DNA of 64,000 bases from Verrucomicrobiota bacterium (GTDB taxonomy: Bacteria > Verrucomicrobiota > Verrucomicrobiia > Opitutales > UBA953). Below the pieces are notes generated by a model, which saw nothing but the letters and a program-made list of their open reading frames with translations, had not been told where the DNA came from and searched no databases. Each line of letters opens with the position of its first letter. Position 1 is the stretch's first letter. Below, one piece after another: positions 58,703-64,000 of this stretch. The stretch lies in NCBI GenBank assembly GCA_015061905.1, contig SUVQ01000008.1, positions 25,867 to 89,866 on the forward strand, written 5' to 3'. Position numbers and translations under genes: made by a program.

Positions 58703-60376
58703 TTATTGCTCCAGAATTTCGAGGATTTGCGGGAGCGATTTTTTGCCGAAGGCGATAATTTTGCCGTTTACGGCGATCGCGGGAACGCTCATGACGTTGT
58801 AGCGTTCGCGGATTGCGGGGAAATGCGCGATGTCGAGAACATCGGTCGAAATTTCCGGATTTTCCAGCGCGATGCGTTGCGTCGCGACGACGACTTCCGG
58901 GCATTGCGTGCAGGAAAGCGAAACGAGCACTTCGATTTTGCGCGGCGCGAGCGCGCGGATGCGTTCCCGCGTGGCGTCGTCGAGTGCTTGCCCCGGTCCG
59001 GCGGCGTTATAAAGAGCGATGATGAAGGAGTTGATTTCGTGTCCGCCGGGAACGCCGTGGAAACTTGCTCCGAGCGATTTTCCGTCGGCATCGCAAATCG
59101 TGACGCAAGGGCGAAGCGCAGTCGCGTCCGTTCCCGCGGGAGTGCCGAAGCGTAATTCGATTTTGTCGGAAAGTTCGGTGATTTCTTCGAGGAAATTTTT
59201 CAGCTCGTCGGAAACGGCGTTGTTGTCGTCGAGTTCCGCCGCGAGGACGATTTTATTTTCGAAGCGGGCGAAAACACCTTGAAGTTGGGCGCGTGCGGCT
59301 TCGTCGAAGAATTTTCCGTCGCTGTCGGCGTTTTCGGAATCTTTTGCGGGAACATTTTCCGTTACAGTCTGCTTTTCGTCGGCGGCGGGCTTGCGGATTT
59401 CGCGGGAAGCGCGAGTCGTAATGCCGGCAAGTTTGCGTGCGTCGGACAAATATTTTTCGAGCGCGGTGGCGGAAGTCGCACCGTCGGCAACGGCGGTAAC
59501 GACTTGGCGCAAGCGTTTGCGGCGCAAATCGCCTGCGACGTAAACGCCGTCGATTCCGGTTTTTCCTTCTTCGTCGCAAATCGCGAATCCGTCCTTGTCG
59601 ATTCCGATTTTATCTTTGATTAAGTCGCTCGCGGGAGCGTAGCCGACGAAGACGAAAACGCCGAAAGAGTCGCCGTTTTCCGCGCGGTATTCCTCCGTTT
59701 GCCCGGTTTTGTTATTTTTCAAAATCGCGCTTTCGGGAGCGGCGTTCCCGCGAATTTCCAAGAGTTCCGTGTTGAAGCGCACCGAAATTTTCGGATTTGC
59801 CAAAACTTCCTCCGCGACGCTTTGCGCGCAGGAAAATTCGTCGCGACGCACGAGCATCGTAATTTTTTTCGCGTAGCGCGTGAGGAATATTGCTTCTTCG
59901 CACGCGGAAAATCCGCCGCCGATGACGAAGAGCTCTTTTCCCGCGAAAAATTCTCCGTCGCAGGTCGCGCAGTAGGCGACACCGCGCCCGCGAAATTCAG
60001 CTTCCCCTTTGAAACCGACCGCGCGCGGACGCGCTCCCGCCGCGATTACAACGCCGAGCGCGCGAATGTCTCCGCGCGTCGTTTTGACGGTTTTGACCGT
60101 TCCCGTGAAATCGAGTTCCCGCGCTTCGGCGGCGAGAAATTCCGCGCCGAAATTTTCCGCCTGCTGCCGCATCGTTTCCGTGAGCGCCTTGCCGGAAGTG
60201 CGCAAAACGCCGGGATAATTGACGACCTCGTCGGTGATGGTGATTTGCCCGCCGATGTTTTCGCGCTCGAGCACGAGCACGCTAAAACGCGCGCGGGAAA
60301 GGTAAATTGCGGCGGAGAGCCCGGCGGGACCGGCGCCGATAATGACGGCATCGTAGATGGAATCGGAAAAATTCAT
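58703..60376 (-). CDS. Thioredoxin reductase fused to C-terminal thioredoxin-like domains (AhpF homolog, TIGR03143-type architecture)
   Basis: GAGPAGLSA, YCATCDG, GVYVAGD; C-terminal SCTQCP; downstream of ahpC. Confidence 0.88.
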   Translation of the reverse strand: MNFSDSIYDAVIIGAGPAGLSAAIYLSRARFSVLVLERENIGGQITITDEVVNYPGVLRTSGKALTETMRQQAENFGAEFLAAEARELDFTGTVKTVKTTRGDIRALGVVIAAGARPRAVGFKGEAEFRGRGVAYCATCDGEFFAGKELFVIGGGFSACEEAIFLTRYAKKITMLVRRDEFSCAQSVAEEVLANPKISVRFNTELLEIRGNAAPESAILKNNKTGQTEEYRAENGDSFGVFVFVGYAPASDLIKDKIGIDKDGFAICDEEGKTGIDGVYVAGDLRRKRLRQVVTAVADGATSATALEKYLSDARKLAGITTRASREIRKPAADEKQTVTENVPAKDSENADSDGKFFDEAARAQLQGVFARFENKIVLAAELDDNNAVSDELKNFLEEITELSDKIELRFGTPAGTDATALRPCVTICDADGKSLGASFHGVPGGHEINSFIIALYNAAGPGQALDDATRERIRALAPRKIEVLVSLSCTQCPEVVVATQRIALENPEISTDVLDIAHFPAIRERYNVMSVPAIAVNGKIIAFGKKSLPQILEILEQ

Positions 60377-60407
60377 CACGTTTTTCGGAGAGAAAATTGA
60401 GAGAGGT

Positions 60408-60526
60408 ATAACGAACAGTGAATAATGAATAGTGAATAATGAACAACGCGGTGCTTAAAATTTTTGCCCTCGAAAGGGCAAAAATCTTCGCAATAAACTA
60501 TTCGTTATTCATTACTCACTATTCGT
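60408..60526. repeat. 7-bp-periodic inverted element (TGAATAA-type) at ahpC/ahpF-like junction
   Basis: gtgaataatgaatagtgaataatgaa ... ttcgttattcattactcactattcg; central hairpin tttttgccc-tcgaaa-gggcaaaaa. Confidence 0.88.
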
Positions 60527-60531
60527 TGATT

Positions 60532-61095
60532 TTACAAAGCACCGACGAGGTCGAGGCTCGGCTTCAGCGTTTTGGCGCCGGGTTGCCATTTCGCCGGGCA
60601 AACTTCATCGCCGTGTTCGGCAACGAATTGCAAGGCCTGCACGCGGCGGAAAAGTTCGTCCGCATTGCGCCCGATATTGCCGGCAACGACTTCGTAGGAA
60701 ACGATTTTGCCTTCCGGATTGACGATGAAGGTTCCGCGTTCGGCGAGCCCGACGCTTTCAATCATCACGTCGAAATCGCGGGCGAGCGCGGCGGTCGGAT
60801 CCGCGAGCATCGGATACTGGATTTTTTTGATGATTTTGGAAGCATCGTGCCACGCTTTGTGAACGAAGTGCGTGTCGCAGGAAACGGAGTAAATTTCGCA
60901 ACCGATTTTCTTAAATTCTTCGTATTTGTTTGCGAGGTCTTCGAGCTCGGTCGGGCAGACGAAAGTGAAGTCCGCCGGATAGAAGAAAAACACGCTCCAT
61001 TTGCCGAGAACGTCTTTCTTGGAGACGGGAACGAACTTGTTGTTCTGGTAGGATTGGACGGTGAAGTCCGCGATTTCTTTATTAATCAATGACAT
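60532..61095 (-). CDS. ahpC: Alkyl hydroperoxide reductase C (peroxiredoxin)
   Basis: FYPADFTFVCPTE, HKAWH, GEVCPAKW. Confidence 0.98.
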   Translation of the reverse strand: MSLINKEIADFTVQSYQNNKFVPVSKKDVLGKWSVFFFYPADFTFVCPTELEDLANKYEEFKKIGCEIYSVSCDTHFVHKAWHDASKIIKKIQYPMLADPTAALARDFDVMIESVGLAERGTFIVNPEGKIVSYEVVAGNIGRNADELFRRVQALQFVAEHGDEVCPAKWQPGAKTLKPSLDLVGAL

Positions 61096-61155
61096 GATTT
61101 TATGACTTTCTATTTATTTTTTGCTGGTTGTAATGAAATTTAAGATGTTTGAAAT

Positions 61156-61170
61156 TTGTAATAACTACAA
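61156..61170. promoter_or_regulatory. Putative PerR-like box 1
   Basis: TTGTAAT-A-ACTACAA, next to a minus-strand TTGACA (61181-61176). Confidence 0.55.
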
Positions 61171-61189
61171 AATAATGTCAACGAGAAAT

Positions 61190-61204
61190 TTGTAATTATT
61201 ACAA
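61190..61204. promoter_or_regulatory. Putative PerR-like box 2
   Basis: Perfect 7-1-7 palindrome TTGTAAT-T-ATTACAA. Confidence 0.6.
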
Positions 61205-61333
61205 TTTTTCTTGCAAAGTCTTAAATTTTGTCAAAAATAAAGCGGCATCGGCGGGAACGCTTTTACGTTCCCGTGCATTTTTAAACAAAAAACGATTACG
61301 AAACGCTTAAACTAAACAGAAAGAAATAAAGTT

Positions 61334-62038
61334 ATGAAAAAATACGAACAAAAACCCCTGAACTACGCCTTGGACGCGCTCGAGCCGAACATGCAGAAGT
61401 GCACGCTCGAATTTCACTACGGAAAGCACCACGCGGCGTATGTTGCGAACCTGAATGCCGCGCTGGAAAAAGCACCGGAGTTTGAAGCACCGGAGTGTCC
61501 GGCACGCTTGATTCACCACTTGCACCACGTTCCCGAAGCGATTCGCACGGCGGTGCGCAACAACGGCGGTGGGCACGTCAACCACGCGTTTTTCTGGAAA
61601 AGCCTTACGCCGAACGGGCAGGGCGCGCCGGTCGGCGAACTCGCAAAGGCGATAGAAAAAGATTTCGGCTCGTTCGATGCTTTCCGCGAACAGTTTGAAG
61701 CGAAAGCGATGTCGCATTTCGGCGCGGGCTGGGCGTGGCTCATTCTGAAAAAAGACGGTTCGCTCGCCGTTTGTTCGACGCCGAATCAGGATAATCCGCT
61801 CATGCCGGAAAGCGTCGTTCCCGGAATTGAGCGCGGACGCCCGATTCTCGCGCTCGACCTTTGGGAGCATTCCTACTATCTGCAGTATCAGAACCGCAAG
61901 GCGGAATACGTTAAATCGTATTGGAATATTGTGGATTGGGAACAAGCGGAAAAGGTTTATCAAAAGGCACTTGAGCACCGCCGCGCGAAGGCGGAGGGCG
62001 GCTCCTGCGGATGCTCCGGAAAAAGCTGCATGATTTAA
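61334..62038 (+). CDS. sodA: Superoxide dismutase, Mn-type signature
   Basis: HYGKHHAAY, NNGGGHVNH, TPNQDNP, DLWEHSYY; Cys-rich tail. Confidence 0.93.
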   Translation: MKKYEQKPLNYALDALEPNMQKCTLEFHYGKHHAAYVANLNAALEKAPEFEAPECPARLIHHLHHVPEAIRTAVRNNGGGHVNHAFFWKSLTPNGQGAPVGELAKAIEKDFGSFDAFREQFEAKAMSHFGAGWAWLILKKDGSLAVCSTPNQDNPLMPESVVPGIERGRPILALDLWEHSYYLQYQNRKAEYVKSYWNIVDWEQAEKVYQKALEHRRAKAEGGSCGCSGKSCMI

Positions 62039-62068
62039 ACCCGAAATTTCTTAAAAATAAACGCATGG

Positions 62069-62108
62069 CGTTCCCGCGGGGAGATTCCTCGCGGGAACGT
62101 TTTTTTTT
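62069..62108 (+). terminator. Terminator after sodA built from an inverted motif pair
   Basis: cgttcccgcg-gggagattcct-cgcgggaacg + T-run. Confidence 0.85.
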
Positions 62109-62120
62109 ATGTGAATTTCG

Positions 62121-62291
62121 CGCGAGAAAATAAAAACTTTCCTCCTCGCGCAAAGACGCAAAACTGCAAAGCCCTTTGTTTTAACCAAAACAAACCAACC
62201 TAATCTTAAAAAATCTTCGCGCCTTCGCGTCTTCGCGGCTTCGCGCGAAAACAAAAACTTCTCCTCGCGCAAAGACGCAAAAATCGCAAAG
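62121..62291. repeat. Left tandem repeat flank of GxxExxY gene
   Basis: 62142-62221 nearly identical to 62864-62942; 62243-62282 matches 62846-62885. Confidence 0.92.
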
Positions 62292-62292
62292 T

Positions 62293-62682
62293 TCATTCCT
62301 CCAATTCGTTCACAAGGCGAGAAACCGCCTCTTTAAAATACCCTTCACCGAAATTGATTAGAAAACCAAGCTTTAAGCCTGTTAGTTTCAAATAAGTTTG
62401 AAGCTGTTTTTTGTGAGAACGATTTATTTTTTCCACCGATTTAAGTTCGACGATTACACGATTCTCAACAATCAAATCCGCGCGAAACGCATTTTCAAAG
62501 CGCAATTCTTCAAATTCAATTGCAACAGGAACTTGCCGCTCCACCTGAAGCCCTTGTGCTTTAAGGCGTTCATACAAAACCGCTTCATAAACGTTTTCCA
62601 AAAGCCCGACTCCCAATCCCCGGTGGATATCAAATGCCGTATTTACGATTATTTTTCCGATTTCGTTTTCTGTTTTATTCAT
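62293..62682 (-). CDS. GxxExxY family protein (PD-(D/E)XK-like fold)
   Basis: GLLENVY motif, RADLIVE..ELKSVE, QLQTYLK, GFLINFG. Confidence 0.93.
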   Translation of the reverse strand: MNKTENEIGKIIVNTAFDIHRGLGVGLLENVYEAVLYERLKAQGLQVERQVPVAIEFEELRFENAFRADLIVENRVIVELKSVEKINRSHKKQLQTYLKLTGLKLGFLINFGEGYFKEAVSRLVNELEE

Positions 62683-62754
62683 AGCGTAAAGATGAGACGA
62701 AAAGGAGTAGACACGTTCCCGTATCCTTTCGCGAGTCCTTTTTTAAGTTTTCAC

Positions 62755-62955
62755 ATCGCGCAAAGACGCTAAAACGCAAAGCATTTTATTTTAACCAAAA
62801 CAAACTAACCCAACCTCAAAAAAAACTTCGCGACTTCGCGGCTTAGCGCGAAAACAAAAACTTCTCCTCGCGCAAAGACGCAAAACTGCAAAGCCCTTTG
62901 TTTTAACCAAAACAAACCAACCAATCTCAAAAAATCTTCGCGGCTTTGCGCGAGA
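62755..62955. repeat. Right tandem repeat flank of GxxExxY gene (~2 units of ~110 bp)
   Basis: Each unit: tcgcgcaaagacgc...ttaaccaaaacaaac...aaaaaa(t/c)cttcgcg. Confidence 0.92.
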
Positions 62956-63074
62956 TTTTTCGGAACGTTCTCCCTTCGCGCGCAAGAGGGTGCACCTTTA
63001 AGAATCCGTGTTTATCCGTGAAAATCCGTGGTTTTTGTTGCGGATAAATTTCCGCAGAAGTAAAATGTTTCGCG

Positions 63075-64000
63075 ATGGAAGAAATTCTCGTTATTAAACC
63101 CTCTTCACTCGGCGATATTATCCACGCGCTTGTCGTGGTGGAAACTCTGCGTCGCCGGCGCGGGAACGCAGTGCGTGTAACCTGGCTTGTCCGTGATATT
63201 TTTGCGCAGGTTTTGGAAGTTTGTCCGACGGTGGACCGCGTTATTACTTACAATCGAGGCGGAGGCGTGAAGGAGATTTTTCGCGTGGGAAAACAGCTCC
63301 GGCGGGAACGCTTTGATTTGGTGTTGGACTTGCAGGGACTGGCGCGCTCGGCGTTTTGGTCACTTTGCGCTCGCGCGCCCCGGAAAATCGGGCGCGGCGA
63401 CGGACGGGAATTTTCCCGATTCGCATTCCGGGAACTTGCGCCCGCTCCGGCTAAAGGTTTTAAAAAGGCGCACGCCATCGACATTCTTTTGCAGTTCTTA
63501 AAACCGCTCGGGCTTGAGCCGGAAGTTTGCGGGAACGTGGAATTTTCACGTGCGCAGCTTTCGCCGAAAATTCGTGAAATCCTCGCCCCGGACGGCGGGG
63601 AATTTGCGGCTCCGATTTTGCTTTTCCCGGATTCCCGCCGCGCGGAAAAGGAGTGGAAGGGTTTTAAGGCGTTGACGGCGTTGCTGTTGGCAAAATCTCA
63701 GGGCACGCCGATTGTTTGGGTCGGCGGCGGGGATCTCGCTCCCGACGCTTCTTGGGACGCCGTTTACACGGATTTTTATTCGCTGATGGGAAAAACTTCC
63801 CTCATTGACGTGCTGGCATTGATTTCGCGCGCAAAATTTTGCGTAACGAACGACAGCGGACCGATGCACATTGCGGCGGCGATGGGCGTTCCCGTGCTCG
63901 GCGTGTTTGGTCCGACTTCGCCGGAACTCTACGGACCGTTCCCGCCGTCTTCCCCGAAAAACCAAGTGATTTGCGCTCCCGGCGGCGATCTTTCCAAGTT
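63075..64000 (+). CDS. Glycosyltransferase family 9 (heptosyltransferase-like), 3' partial
   Basis: Hand translation MEEILVIKPSSLGDIIH, FDLVLDLQGLARSA, TNDSGPMHIAAAMG..FGPT; no stop before the window end. Confidence 0.92.
   Translation, partial: MEEILVIKPSSLGDIIHALVVVETLRRRRGNAVRVTWLVRDIFAQVLEVCPTVDRVITYNRGGGVKEIFRVGKQLRRERFDLVLDLQGLARSAFWSLCARAPRKIGRGDGREFSRFAFRELAPAPAKGFKKAHAIDILLQFLKPLGLEPEVCGNVEFSRAQLSPKIREILAPDGGEFAAPILLFPDSRRAEKEWKGFKALTALLLAKSQGTPIVWVGGGDLAPDASWDAVYTDFYSLMGKTSLIDVLALISRAKFCVTNDSGPMHIAAAMGVPVLGVFGPTSPELYGPFPPSSPKNQVICAPGGDLSK

Noticed and set aside
58703-60376. Reversed TrxB + thioredoxin-domain order as a novel fusion
   Set aside because: It matches the known AhpF-homolog architecture found next to ahpC in anaerobes.
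62121-62955. CRISPR array interpretation of the GxxExxY-flanking repeats or of GTTCCCGC/GCGGGAAC hairpins
   Set aside because: There are no unique constant-length spacers and no cas genes. The octamer lies mostly inside CDSs at irregular spacing.

Overview
Chromosomal window of a diderm anaerobe, probably Verrucomicrobiota/Opitutales-like (inferred from VPEPSAFG-type PEP-CTERM proteins and gene content). It holds a surface-glycan modification locus (ATP-grasp x2, HAD, LicD, class V PLP enzyme, cytidylyltransferase, GNAT) interrupted by a DinJ-YafQ toxin-antitoxin pair, and many housekeeping genes (murA, mnmA, ffh, murE, queC, plsY, hom, ppdK, rplM-rpsI, dapA, gap, rplU-rpmA). Also present: an autotransporter, two PEP-CTERM genes, a probable heme-uptake operon (TonB receptor, flavodoxin, HutW-like radical SAM, ECF module, ExbBD-TonB) and a divergent ahpC-ahpF-like/sodA block. 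No rRNA, tRNA, CRISPR or transposase was recognised. The strongest unexplained signal is the octamer CGGGAACG/CGTTCCCG. I count about 200 copies by hand (about 3 per kb) versus about 2-3 expected. It occurs on both strands and in all reading frames, forms the stems of several terminators, and is missing from gap and ribosomal-protein genes. This is the behaviour of a DNA uptake sequence or HIP1-like signal, and I know of none described for this lineage. A second theme is a set of 7-10 bp-periodic repeat elements that bracket single-gene cassettes (AAA ATPase, GxxExxY protein, PEP-CTERM genes) and fill operon junctions. All counts are manual; no database searches were run.
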